From Planctomycetota bacterium (GTDB taxonomy: Bacteria; Planctomycetota; B15-G4), in NCBI GenBank assembly GCA_965248575.1, contig CBDFJQ010000002.1, positions 1,056,001 through 1,120,000 of the forward strand: a stretch of DNA of 64,000 nucleotides, written 5' to 3'. The translations under genes and the position numbers were made by a program. This document shows positions 9,317 through 20,420 of this stretch, piece by piece. The notes below the pieces were generated by a model. It was given only the letters and a program-made list of their open reading frames with translations, had not been told where the DNA came from and did not search any database. The stretch's first letter is position 1. Each line of letters opens with the position of its first letter.

Positions 9317-10633
9317 TCAGCGCAAGCTCATGCTGCCCCGCAAGGGTTGCCCGCGACGGAAGAGCTGGATGTTGACGCGCTGGGAGTCACTGATGCTCTT
9401 GAGGATCCGGTACAGCGCCTGGGAGTCATCCACGTCCTGATCCGCGAGGCCGTCGATGAGGTCACCGCGAACAATGGGTAGCCGCGCCGCAACGCCCCGC
9501 GGATCCACCGACTCCACCACGACCCCGTAGTAGCGGGGGTGGTCCACCACGCGCAGCCCGAGTTCCCGTTCGATGAAGCGCATGGGGGACTCATCCCCCT
9601 CCAGCTTCAAGCGCACGGGCAACACCTCGTTGCCGCGCTTCACGACGAGATCCAGGAGGTCGCCGGGCGCCATGCCGTAGAGGGCCTTGTTGTAGTCGAA
9701 CTCCCATTCGATGGCCGCGCCCTCCACGGACACCAGACGATCTCCGGCTCGGAGACCCGCCCGGTCCCCGGGCGAACCGCGCTCCACGCCGGACACAGCC
9801 ACATCCTGGCCACGCACATCGCTGGCGAGTGAGAGGCCCGTGACCACGTCGCTAACCACCAGGGGGTTCAGCAGACGTCCCGTCAGGCTCTGCCGCACAC
9901 GATCGATGGGGATCGCGAACCCGATCCCCTCTGCTTCGGTGGCGATGGCCCAGTTGATGCCGATCACCTCGCCGTGCACGTTCAGCAGTGGGCCGCCGCT
10001 GTTACCCGGGTTGATAGCAGCGTCCAACTGGATGAAGTCCCGGAAGCGCTGACCTGCCCCCGCCTGGCCGGGAACGCGCACGTCCCGGAACAACGAGCTG
10101 ACGATGCCCGAGGTCACGGAGTTCTCGTTCCCAAGCGGATTCCCGATGGCGATGATCGTCTCGCCCACCATGACGTCCGAGGACGAGCCAAGGCGAGCAA
10201 AGGGCAGCGGCTTGCCAGCAGCCACCTTCAACAGGGCGACATCGTTGGCCGTGTCCGTGTTGATCAAGCGCGCCACGTAGCTCGTGCCATCCCCGAGGCG
10301 CACCTGGATGTCCCGATCGGGGCGGGCAATCACGTGCGAGTTGGTGAGCACGAAGCCATCGGGATCGATGATGACGCCCGAGCCGAGACTCGTCTGGCGG
10401 CTGCCCCCCGGCTCGAAGAATCGATAAGGCCATGGGAGCGCCACCTGTTCGATGACCTCCTGGTAGATGTTCACCACCGCCGGCCCCACCTCCCGAGCTG
10501 CTTGGACAATGGGTGTCATGCGCGTCAGCTGCGCGGCCGTGAGGGGCTCTGTGACCTGGGACTGAGCCCAGAGGGGTCCAGCGAGCCAGCAGCAAAGGGC
10601 CAAACCAAGCGTCATCGCAAATCGAAGGGGCAT
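9317..10633 (-). CDS. HtrA/DegP-family serine protease with two PDZ domains
   Basis: Signal peptide MPLRFAMTLGLALCCWLAGPLWA; triad TNSHVI, DVALL, INPGNSGGPL; two PDZ-like repeats. Confidence 0.93.
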   Translation of the reverse strand: MPLRFAMTLGLALCCWLAGPLWAQSQVTEPLTAAQLTRMTPIVQAAREVGPAVVNIYQEVIEQVALPWPYRFFEPGGSRQTSLGSGVIIDPDGFVLTNSHVIARPDRDIQVRLGDGTSYVARLINTDTANDVALLKVAAGKPLPFARLGSSSDVMVGETIIAIGNPLGNENSVTSGIVSSLFRDVRVPGQAGAGQRFRDFIQLDAAINPGNSGGPLLNVHGEVIGINWAIATEAEGIGFAIPIDRVRQSLTGRLLNPLVVSDVVTGLSLASDVRGQDVAVSGVERGSPGDRAGLRAGDRLVSVEGAAIEWEFDYNKALYGMAPGDLLDLVVKRGNEVLPVRLKLEGDESPMRFIERELGLRVVDHPRYYGVVVESVDPRGVAARLPIVRGDLIDGLADQDVDDSQALYRILKSISDSQRVNIQLFRRGQPLRGSMSLR

Positions 10634-10804
10634 GCACAGCTCCTGAGAAGATTCCAGACTCCATGGCCGCAAGGCCCCGTCCGCTCCAGCAGGACGCCGA
10701 CCCGGAAGGGCAGCCGGACACCCTGACGAGGCCTGCGCCTGAGGATACTGCCGAGGCCGTTGAGGCGTTGGCTCGTGACGGCCTCGCCACATTAAGGTGG
10801 GGAG

Positions 10805-11995
10805 ATGACCAGGGTCATCTTGCATGCCGATATGGACGCCTTCTACGCATCCATCGAACAACGGGACCACCCTGAGTGGCGCGGAAAGCCGGTCATCGTC
10901 GGGGGGATCGGCAAGCGCGGCGTGGTCTCCGCGGCCTCCTACGAGGCCCGGGTGTTCGGGGTGCATTCCGCCATGCCGGGCGCCCAAGCCCAGCGCCTTT
11001 GCCCCCAGGGCATCTTCGTCCCCGGCCGCATGGAGGCCTACGTCGAAGCCTCGATGCAGATCCGAGAGGTGTTCCTGAGCCTGACGGACCTCGTCGAACC
11101 GCTCTCCCTCGACGAGGCTTTCCTGGACGTCACGGGCAGCCTGCGGCTCTTCGGTGGTGGGGAACTCATGGCGGAGAGCCTGCGGCGTGATGTCTTTGAC
11201 GCCACGGGCCTCACGGTTTCCGTAGGAGTGGCCGCCTCCAAGTACGTGGCCAAGGTGGCCTCCGACCACAAGAAACCCGATGGGCTGACGGTCGTGCCGC
11301 CGGGGGGGGAGGAGCAGTTCCTGGCGCCCCTTTCCATCCGTCGCCTGTGGGGTGCAGGCAAGAAGACGACCGAGCGCATGCAGGCCATGGGGCTGCACCG
11401 CATCGCGGACATCCAGGCCCTCTCACTCGAAACCCTGGAGAGCCAGTTTGGAGAGAGGGCGGGGCAGCACTACTTCGCCCTCTGTCGCGGGCGGGACGAG
11501 CGCGCCGTGGTGCCGCACCAGGGCCCGAAATCCGTGAGTCGTGAGACGACCTTCGGGGACGACGTGCGGGACGACTCCAAACTGCGGTCCGTGCTGCTGA
11601 ACTTGAGCGAGGATGTGGGCATTCGTCTGAGACGCAAGCAACTGTCGGGCAGCACGGTGCGCTTGAAGCTCCGCTACCCGCCCTTCGAGACACTCACTCG
11701 CCAGGTCCACATGCCCCAGCCCACCCAGGACGACATGCAGATCTACCGGGCCGTCGTCGAGCTGCTGCAGGCCACCCGCAGGAATCGGGAGCCGGTGCGC
11801 CTGATCGGTGTCGGGGTCTCGGAGCTCTCGGAGGGCAGCCGCCCCGTCCAGGGCCAGTTGTTCCAGCAGGACGAGGTCGAGGGAGGCAAGGTCGTCAACG
11901 AGACCCTGGACGCCATCCGAGCTCGATTCGGGCGCCACGCAGCCGAGCGCGGCCAAGGCCACGAGGGGGGCACCGGAGGGAGCACAGGGGACTGA
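10805..11995 (+). CDS. dinB: DNA polymerase IV (Y-family)
   Basis: HADMDAFYASIE, ASYEAR, SLDEAFLD, KPDG, C-terminal clamp-binding motif QGQLF. Confidence 0.96.
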   Translation: MTRVILHADMDAFYASIEQRDHPEWRGKPVIVGGIGKRGVVSAASYEARVFGVHSAMPGAQAQRLCPQGIFVPGRMEAYVEASMQIREVFLSLTDLVEPLSLDEAFLDVTGSLRLFGGGELMAESLRRDVFDATGLTVSVGVAASKYVAKVASDHKKPDGLTVVPPGGEEQFLAPLSIRRLWGAGKKTTERMQAMGLHRIADIQALSLETLESQFGERAGQHYFALCRGRDERAVVPHQGPKSVSRETTFGDDVRDDSKLRSVLLNLSEDVGIRLRRKQLSGSTVRLKLRYPPFETLTRQVHMPQPTQDDMQIYRAVVELLQATRRNREPVRLIGVGVSELSEGSRPVQGQLFQQDEVEGGKVVNETLDAIRARFGRHAAERGQGHEGGTGGSTGD

Positions 11996-12003
11996 AAAAG
12001 CCG

Positions 12004-12080
12004 TGGTGGGCGCAGTAGGACTCGAACCTACGACCCCCAGCTTGTCGAGCTGGTGCTCTAGCCAACTGAGCTATGCGCCC
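12004..12080 (-). tRNA. tRNA-Val(GAC)
   Basis: GGGCGCATAGCTCAGTTGG..CCAGC-TCGACAA-GCTGG..GTTCGAGTCC..TGCGCCCACCA; cloverleaf with encoded CCA. Confidence 0.93.
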
Positions 12081-12105
12081 ACGGTCCGTCGCTGACGGAG
12101 GGCGT

Positions 12106-12134
12106 GTCATACGGTTTCGGAGAGGTCTGTTCAA
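12106..12134 (-). promoter_or_regulatory. sigma70-like promoter of tRNA-Val
   Basis: TTGAAC-N17-TATGAC on the minus strand, 25 nt upstream of the tRNA. Confidence 0.55.
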
Positions 12135-12269
12135 CGGCTGGCTCCCAGGAGACCCCGAGAACAGTTCTTGGCCAGTCGCTGGTGGATCGCAGAGAGAGCT
12201 CCGGTTTATGCTCCCGGGCCCTTTTCTGCAGGCCTGCCAAAGCTCCCTCCCCAGCCACGGAACCGTGCG

Positions 12270-13382
12270 ATGAAGATCGGCGTCCCCACCGAGATCAAGC
12301 CCAGCGAGAACCGCATCGCCATGGTGCCTGCAGGCGCCGACCGCCTGGTCCTGGATGGCCATGAGGTGTTCATCCAGAAGGGCGCGGGACTCGGCAGCGG
12401 GCTGGAGGACAAGGAGTTCGTCGCCGCTGGCGCGAAGATCCTGCCCGACGCCGACGCCGTGTTTGGCGAGGCCGACATGATCATGAAGGTCAAGGAGCCC
12501 ATCGCCGAGGAGTATGGCCGCATCCGCAAGGGCCAGCTGTTGTTCACCTACTTCCACTTCGCCGCGAGCGAAGAGCTGACCGACGCCATGTTGGTCTCGG
12601 GTTCCGACTGCATCGCCTACGAGACCGTCGAGCAGGGCGGCACCTTGCCGCTGCTCACGCCCATGTCTGAGGTAGCTGGCCGCATGAGCGTCCAGGAGGG
12701 CGCCAAATACCTCGAGAAGCCCATGGGCGGGCGCGGAGTTCTGCTCGGCGGCGTGCCCGGGGTCGAGCCTGGCCGCGTGCTGATCCTCGGCGGCGGCATC
12801 GTGGGCATCAACGCGGCGAAGATGGCAGCGGGCCTCGGGGCGCGCGTCACCATCATGGACATCGACATGGACCGCCTGCGGTACCTCGACGATGTGATGC
12901 CTGCCAATGTCACGACCCGCTTCAGCAACCGTCTGGCCATCCAGGAAGAGCTCGGGACTGCAGACCTTGTCATCGGCGCTGTGCTGGTGACGGGTGAGAA
13001 GGCTCCCAAGCTCGTGACCCGCGCAGACCTGTCCCTGATGCCCAAGGGCAGCGTCATCGCCGACGTCGCCGTGGACCAGGGCGGTTGCATCGAGACCATC
13101 AAGCCGACGACGCACCTCGACCCCGTCTACGACGTCGATGGCATCGTGCACTACGCCGTGGCCAACATGCCGGGCGCCGTGCCGCGCACGTCGACCTTCG
13201 CCCTGACGAACGTGACCCTGGCCTACGCACGGCGGCTCGCAGGAGACGGCTTGGTCAAGGCGCTGAAGGCCGACCCCGGTCTCGCGCTGGGTGCGAACGT
13301 CATGCGCGGCGCCATCACGCACCCCGGCGTGGCCAAGGCCTTCGGCCGCGAGTTGGCCTCCCTGGACGACGTCCTGGGCTGA
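12270..13382 (+). CDS. ald: Alanine dehydrogenase
   Basis: [62 protein letters not shown]. Confidence 0.96.
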   Translation: MKIGVPTEIKPSENRIAMVPAGADRLVLDGHEVFIQKGAGLGSGLEDKEFVAAGAKILPDADAVFGEADMIMKVKEPIAEEYGRIRKGQLLFTYFHFAASEELTDAMLVSGSDCIAYETVEQGGTLPLLTPMSEVAGRMSVQEGAKYLEKPMGGRGVLLGGVPGVEPGRVLILGGGIVGINAAKMAAGLGARVTIMDIDMDRLRYLDDVMPANVTTRFSNRLAIQEELGTADLVIGAVLVTGEKAPKLVTRADLSLMPKGSVIADVAVDQGGCIETIKPTTHLDPVYDVDGIVHYAVANMPGAVPRTSTFALTNVTLAYARRLAGDGLVKALKADPGLALGANVMRGAITHPGVAKAFGRELASLDDVLG

Positions 13383-13438
13383 GAAGCCAGGCCCTCACGG
13401 GGCTGAGCCTGGTCCAAACCATCGAACGACATCGGGCC

Positions 13439-14152
13439 GTGCTCCTGCGGGGCGCGGCCTTGTTCGTCCTAGGGGCCTCTCGATTCTGCGGCTCCACGGA
13501 CTCCGCTCCCGGGGCCCCCTCGGTTTCCCAACCGTGGGGCTCACCGCCGAGGCTCGCCAGCGAGTCACTGATCGGCGCCCGAGCCTCCGACGGCGACACG
13601 GTGCGGCTTCCGGGGGGAGGTCGGCTGCGGCTCCTCAACGTGGACTGCCCCGAAACCGGCCGGCCCGGCGCCGCGCAAGCCCGGCGGCTGACCGAGTCCT
13701 TCTTGCGAGAGGGGGAGGGAATCCTGGGTCGCGCCCACCCGCAGCAGCTGGCCGGGCTCCAGCTCGCGCCGACTCTACCCGCGCGAGATCGTTACGGACG
13801 CCTGCTCGCCGACCTGCGCCTGCAGGAGCGAAGCCTCTCGTGCGAACTTGTCGAGGCTGGCCTGGCCTGGGTCTACCGGAGCCGTGAGCCCTCGCTGCTG
13901 GCTGCTCAAGCTCGAGCCGTCGACCTGCGCCGTGGCGTGCATGCCGTGCTGGACCACCCCTCCTCCCGAGGACCGTTCGTCCCGACGAGCACCAGCTTTC
14001 ATCGACTGGATTGTAGCGGCCTTCGCGGCGGCGGCCAGGAGCGTGAGCGCTCGCTGTACGCCACCACACTTCTGAGACGAGGCCTGGCCCCGTGCCGAAG
14101 GTGCCTGGCGTGGCCACCCCGCCCCCCTTTCGGCGGAACAGGACTCCGCTGA
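13439..14152 (+). CDS. Thermonuclease (SNase-like) with C-terminal Ada-type Cys/His metal-binding motif
   Basis: [34 protein letters not shown]-terminal FHRLDC...PCRRC. Start uncertain. Confidence 0.78.
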   Translation: MLLRGAALFVLGASRFCGSTDSAPGAPSVSQPWGSPPRLASESLIGARASDGDTVRLPGGGRLRLLNVDCPETGRPGAAQARRLTESFLREGEGILGRAHPQQLAGLQLAPTLPARDRYGRLLADLRLQERSLSCELVEAGLAWVYRSREPSLLAAQARAVDLRRGVHAVLDHPSSRGPFVPTSTSFHRLDCSGLRGGGQERERSLYATTLLRRGLAPCRRCLAWPPRPPFGGTGLR

Positions 14153-14231
14153 GAAGGTTCGGCGGGCAACCAACTCAGTCCCTCGGCGGCAGGACGATCA
14201 GCAAGCTGGGAGAACTGTCATGACGCAGAGG

Positions 14232-14260
14232 GTGAACCCGCGCCGCCGCACCGCTAGCAT
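14232..14260 (+). promoter_or_regulatory. Putative promoter of a leaderless response-regulator mRNA
   Basis: GTGAAC-N17-TAGCAT-N6-ATG(14267), no SD. Confidence 0.5.
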
Positions 14261-14266
14261 TCGCTC

Positions 14267-14847
14267 ATGGCTGGACAAACCACGAAAGACGTGCTCACGA
14301 CCGGTGACGTAGCGCGCCTCTGCTCCGTGACGATCCGCACCGTCATCAAGTGGTTTGAGCAAGGCCGTCTCGAGGGCTATCGCCTTCCGGGCTCGCGGGA
14401 TCGGCGCTTCACGCGGGCAGCGGTGCAACGCTTCCTGCGCGAGAGCGGCATGCCCGTCGAGCTCCACGGACAAGAGCGCCCGCTGGTGCTCGTGGTCGAC
14501 GATGACGAAGGGGTGCGCAGCATGATGTCCAAGTACCTCAACAAACTGGGCCTGCTGGACGTCGACGTGGCCGGGTCGGGTTGGGAGGCAGGCTTGAAGA
14601 CAGCCGCCCGCAAGCCGCGCCTCCTGCTGCTCGATTACCGCCTGGGGGACACGACCGGCGACCGCGTGGTCGACACCATCCGCGGCATGCCCAGCCTCGC
14701 TCAACCCGCCATCGTCATCATGTCCGCCCACCTGACCGAAGAGCAGGCGGACGAGCTCATGCAAAAAGGCGCCGATGGCTGGTTGCCGAAACCATTCGAC
14801 CTGACGGTCCTGAGGGACACGGTCTACCGCCACGTGGGGATCGCTTC

Positions 14848-14851
<4 letters not shown>
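14267..14851 (+). CDS. Response regulator: excisionase-like HTH_17 + receiver domain
   Basis: LTTGDVARLCSV..RTVIKW..G.LEGYRLPGSRDRR; REC motifs VVDDD, LLLD, MSA, PKPF. Confidence 0.88.
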
Positions 14852-16741
<1,890 letters not shown>

Positions 16742-16745
16742 TGTC

Positions 16746-17717
16746 GTGAAATCCTTGATCACGGGCGCCAGCGGATTCGCTGGGCGCCATCTCGTTCAGC
16801 ACCTGCTGTCCCAGGGCGACGAGGTGGTGGCGTGTGACCTCGCCACGCCCACCTCGGGTCAGGCTGGAACCTGGCCCCAAACTGAGCGCCTGACCCACGT
16901 CACCTTGGACGTCACCGACGAGCAGGCATGCTGGGACGTCCTGGCCGACACACGCCCCACGGCCATCTACCACCTCGCCGGCATGGCCCATGTCATGCAT
17001 GCGGAGCAGAACCCGGAGCTGTGTCTCGCCGTCAATCGGGACGGCTGCCGCAACATGCTGGCGTCTTGCCTGGACGGGTTCGCCAACGTGCGCTTCCTGT
17101 TCGTCTCCACGGCCGAGGTGTATGGCCGGGTCGACGCGAACCAGCTGCCAGTGCGGGAGGGCCACCCTCTCCGGCCCGCCACCGCCTACGCGCTGAGCAA
17201 GGCCCAGGCGGAGATGCACGTGCACCGTGCCGCCGCCCAGGGCTTGCACTGCCTCATCGCCCGAGCCTTCAATCACATCGGGCCGGGGCAGTCAGACGAC
17301 TTTGTCACCGCGGCCTTCGCACACCAGATCGCGCGCATCGAAGCAGGGCTCCAAGAGCCCGTCATGCACGTGGGAAATCTCGCCGCCGTGCGCGACTTCT
17401 CCGACGTGCGCGACACCGTCGCGGCCTACCGCCTGTGCCTGATGGAGGGGCAGCCGGGCGAGGTGCTCAACGTCACGAGCGGACAGGCCGTCTCCATCCA
17501 GCTCATCCTCGATGCGCTGCTCTCGCTGTCCGAGGTGGAGGTCAAGGTGGAGCAGGACCCGACGCGCATGCGCCCGGTAGACGTCCCGCTCTTCCACGGT
17601 TCGACTGAACACCTCACGGAACGCTGCGGCCACACGCCACACTACGCCCTCGTGGACACCTTGCAGACGGTGCTGGACTACTGGCGTGAGAGGGTCGCGC
17701 TGGCGCCGGAGCGGTAA
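16746..17717 (+). CDS. GDP-4-keto-6-deoxy-D-mannose reductase (Rmd-like extended SDR)
   Basis: ITGASGFAG, STAEVYG, YALSK, RAFNHIGPGQ, VGNL..RDFSDVRD, RMRPVD; directly after gmd. Confidence 0.82.
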   Translation: MKSLITGASGFAGRHLVQHLLSQGDEVVACDLATPTSGQAGTWPQTERLTHVTLDVTDEQACWDVLADTRPTAIYHLAGMAHVMHAEQNPELCLAVNRDGCRNMLASCLDGFANVRFLFVSTAEVYGRVDANQLPVREGHPLRPATAYALSKAQAEMHVHRAAAQGLHCLIARAFNHIGPGQSDDFVTAAFAHQIARIEAGLQEPVMHVGNLAAVRDFSDVRDTVAAYRLCLMEGQPGEVLNVTSGQAVSIQLILDALLSLSEVEVKVEQDPTRMRPVDVPLFHGSTEHLTERCGHTPHYALVDTLQTVLDYWRERVALAPER

Positions 17718-18970
17718 CCCAGGACAGCGGAGTGCAAGTGCGCTCCAGGGCAAGCCGTCGCCTTCCACTCCCGGTGTGTCCGCACTTCGCTCTTGGCGAT
17801 GTCGAACTGTCCGCGGAGGGCTTCCACCAGGCTGCTGAGACCTTCTAGCTGCGCTTGGGGAGCGTTGTGATTCTCGAAGTTGCCCAACAGACACACACCC
17901 ACATTGCCGATGTTGGCGGCGCCGCCTGCATGAGCACCCTGATACATCAGGCGCCGACCTTCCCACACACGCCCGGTCGGGTCGATCAGGAAGTGATAAC
18001 CGACATCGGCCCAGCCCTTGTCCTGTGTGTGGATGTCCTGGATCTGCTTGAGCTGCCCGACCGTCCCGTAGCTGCTCGGCGCGGGCATGGCAGAGTGATG
18101 CACCGTGATGCTCGTGATCGGCGTCATGGGCACATGGTCAGCGCGGATCTTCGCCGCACCCCACTCCTCACGCGTGCGGATTCCTGGGAGGAGCAAGGCG
18201 GGGTTGATGGGGATGATGCCATGGGGGATGTAGGCATCCGCCACCGTGGTGCGTGGAAGCCGGGCGCCACGCCGACCTGAGTCCATGAGCCGCGAACGCA
18301 CTGCCGGCAGCTGATCGCGGCCGTCGCGATCCAAGAGCGCGAGGTGCTTGGCGGCCATGGCCGAGTGCCCCGCCGCCTCACAGGCCACTACCAGCGAAGT
18401 CCGCAGTGCGCGTTCCTGTTCGTGGGTCAAACCGCGCGCGCCCAGGGCGAGGGTGTAGTGGTCCATTGCGGACTCGTAGGCGTGCACCGCCAGCTCGAGA
18501 TCGGCCCACTCCACCAGGATCTCGCCGCCGACACCGAAGGCATCGGGGCTCGCCTCCTGCCAGGCCCGGCCGTAGCTGGTCAAGGCCGACAGCTTGCGCC
18601 CGAGGCGCAGTTGTGCGCGCGCCGTCATGAGCTCCAGGGATGCCCGAACCGAGCGCGTGCGGACCGAGGGCAGCTTGTTCGAGACGAACTCCAGCAGCCC
18701 GCGATCATCGCCCGCTGCTGCCAGGCGGTCCGCCTCGACCCAGACGCTGGAGCTGGGGTGGCTGCGGGAACTGACGCGGGGCCGGGAAGCATCCGGCTGG
18801 AACGCGCTGCGGGGCAACCCCTCAGCGGGCCTGCTTGTCGCAGCGGTCGCCCCCCTGGCCGTGCCGTGATCCGCACGTCGCGCCTCCCGGGAAGGGAGGG
18901 CACACGATGTCACGCCCAGGCTCAGAGCCAGGGCCACCCACAACTGGAGTCCAACCGATGTCTGCCGCAT
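17678..18970 (-). CDS. Lipoprotein N-acetylmuramoyl-L-alanine amidase (PGRP/Amidase_2) with TPR-like middle region
   Basis: Lipobox-like GVTSC; C-terminal TREEWGA, ITVHHS, WADVGYHFLI, GRVWEGR, GAHAG, H..TACPG. Confidence 0.88.
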   Translation of the reverse strand: MRQTSVGLQLWVALALSLGVTSCALPSREARRADHGTARGATAATSRPAEGLPRSAFQPDASRPRVSSRSHPSSSVWVEADRLAAAGDDRGLLEFVSNKLPSVRTRSVRASLELMTARAQLRLGRKLSALTSYGRAWQEASPDAFGVGGEILVEWADLELAVHAYESAMDHYTLALGARGLTHEQERALRTSLVVACEAAGHSAMAAKHLALLDRDGRDQLPAVRSRLMDSGRRGARLPRTTVADAYIPHGIIPINPALLLPGIRTREEWGAAKIRADHVPMTPITSITVHHSAMPAPSSYGTVGQLKQIQDIHTQDKGWADVGYHFLIDPTGRVWEGRRLMYQGAHAGGAANIGNVGVCLLGNFENHNAPQAQLEGLSSLVEALRGQFDIAKSEVRTHREWKATACPGAHLHSAVLGYRSGASATLSRQ

Positions 18971-19014
18971 GAAAAGTGAGCTTTGCAAGCCGCCAAGGGG
19001 GTTTCAATGCTGGA

Positions 19015-20286
19015 TCAATCAGCGTCCGCAGTCGGCGAGGCGTGAGATCGGGTCATGCGGGGGTGAAGCAGCCACCACAGAGCGCCCAGGGCTGCTGCCA
19101 CACCCGCCAGGACCAGGTAGATGAGCGTCAGATGCTGTTCCGGGGGCTGCTCCCAAGGCGAGCCCGACAGGGCCCAGAGCACCACACCGAATCCCAGCCT
19201 CGCCACCACGCTCTGGGCGGAGAGCAGCGAAGCCCGCTCGCTGCCCGAGACCCGGTGGTTCAGCGCCGTCCGCGCCATGGGCTGCATCAGCCCGAAACTC
19301 ACTTGCTGCAGGAACAAGAGGGGGGCCAGCAGCCACACGCCTGAGCCCGAGAGCCCCAGGAAGGAGACCACCATCAGCAGCACCACCAGCCACGCTGTGC
19401 CCCGCTCCCCCAGACGTCGGTGCAGGCGCGCCACGAACAGCGCTGAGATCCCCGCGACGAGGTTCAGCACGCACAACATCCCGCCGTGCCAGCGCAGATC
19501 GATCAGTCCATCGGCGATCAAAGTGGGCTGGTAGAGCTGGAACCCGAGCCGCAGGAACACGAACACCGTGGTGTACCAGCCGAACACCCACAAGATGTCC
19601 GAGCGCAGGGACTGACGCAGCACGGCGCTCCATTGAGGTCGGGGCCGCTGCAGCTGCCGTTGTCTGCCCGCTTCCCGAGGCAGCTTCCACGCGATGGCAG
19701 CCGCAGCCAGCATCAAGAGCACGCTGAGGTCGAAGGCGGCCGCCGTGCCCATGAAGAAGGCCACAAAGCCGCCCGCCAGGTCGGCAGCAGACACCCCGAA
19801 GAGTCGCCAGCGATGGGCGGCCGCCTCTTCCGCCAGCGCGTCCTTCCTGCGGCCATCAGCCACCACGAGCTCATAGAGATACGCACTGTCGGCGCCCGAG
19901 ATCATGGCGTGCGCCGCCCCCGTCAAAGCCATCGCAGCCAGGCAGAGGTCGTAGCTCTGGGCGTGACCCAACACGCCGAACCCCAGGCCCAGGACCAGGG
20001 GCCCAGCCACGAGCAGGGGGCGATAGGAAAAGCGATCCCCGATCCAACCCCAAGGCAGCTCAGCGAGCACCATGGAGAGGTAGTAGACCGACCAGAGCCC
20101 GAGGTACTGCCCGCTGTCGAAACCGCGCTGGGCAGTGAAGGCCGTGTACATCACCGGCACCCAGGCGAAGGAGAACACCAGGCTCGCGTACCAGCGGAAC
20201 ATGCGCACAGCCTGGGCCTGCGGACTGACCGGGGCGGCAGCCTGCGCGCCGGCCGGTGTCCCTGAATCGGGAGGGGTCGAGGACAT
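19015..20286 (-). CDS. MFS transporter
   Basis: About 12 hydrophobic segments; ELPWGWIGDRF (motif A-like), SGADSAYLYE, RASLLS. Confidence 0.85.
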   Translation of the reverse strand: MSSTPPDSGTPAGAQAAAPVSPQAQAVRMFRWYASLVFSFAWVPVMYTAFTAQRGFDSGQYLGLWSVYYLSMVLAELPWGWIGDRFSYRPLLVAGPLVLGLGFGVLGHAQSYDLCLAAMALTGAAHAMISGADSAYLYELVVADGRRKDALAEEAAAHRWRLFGVSAADLAGGFVAFFMGTAAAFDLSVLLMLAAAAIAWKLPREAGRQRQLQRPRPQWSAVLRQSLRSDILWVFGWYTTVFVFLRLGFQLYQPTLIADGLIDLRWHGGMLCVLNLVAGISALFVARLHRRLGERGTAWLVVLLMVVSFLGLSGSGVWLLAPLLFLQQVSFGLMQPMARTALNHRVSGSERASLLSAQSVVARLGFGVVLWALSGSPWEQPPEQHLTLIYLVLAGVAAALGALWWLLHPRMTRSHASPTADAD

Positions 20287-20385
20287 GGGTGAGGACAGTG
20301 TGCGGGCGCACCCTCGCGGACTCAACGGAGTCGTGACAGCTGGCTGGGGGACAAGCGTCGCTGATCCGGCCGTTCACCCCTCCCG

Positions 20386-20413
20386 TTGACCGCTCGGGGC
20401 CAAGCCGTACCCT
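20386..20413 (+). promoter_or_regulatory. Putative promoter of a leaderless aminotransferase mRNA
   Basis: TTGACC-N16-TACCCT-N7-ATG(20421), no SD. Confidence 0.55.
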
Positions 20414-20420
20414 GTCGCCC

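Noticed and set aside
10634..11398. 255-aa N-terminal extension of the HtrA ORF suggesting a fusion
   Set aside because: It is antisense to dinB, and a clear signal peptide begins at 10633
14267..14450. Excisionase-like HTH as a prophage remnant
   Set aside because: Fused to an intact receiver domain; a known regulator architecture with no phage genes nearby
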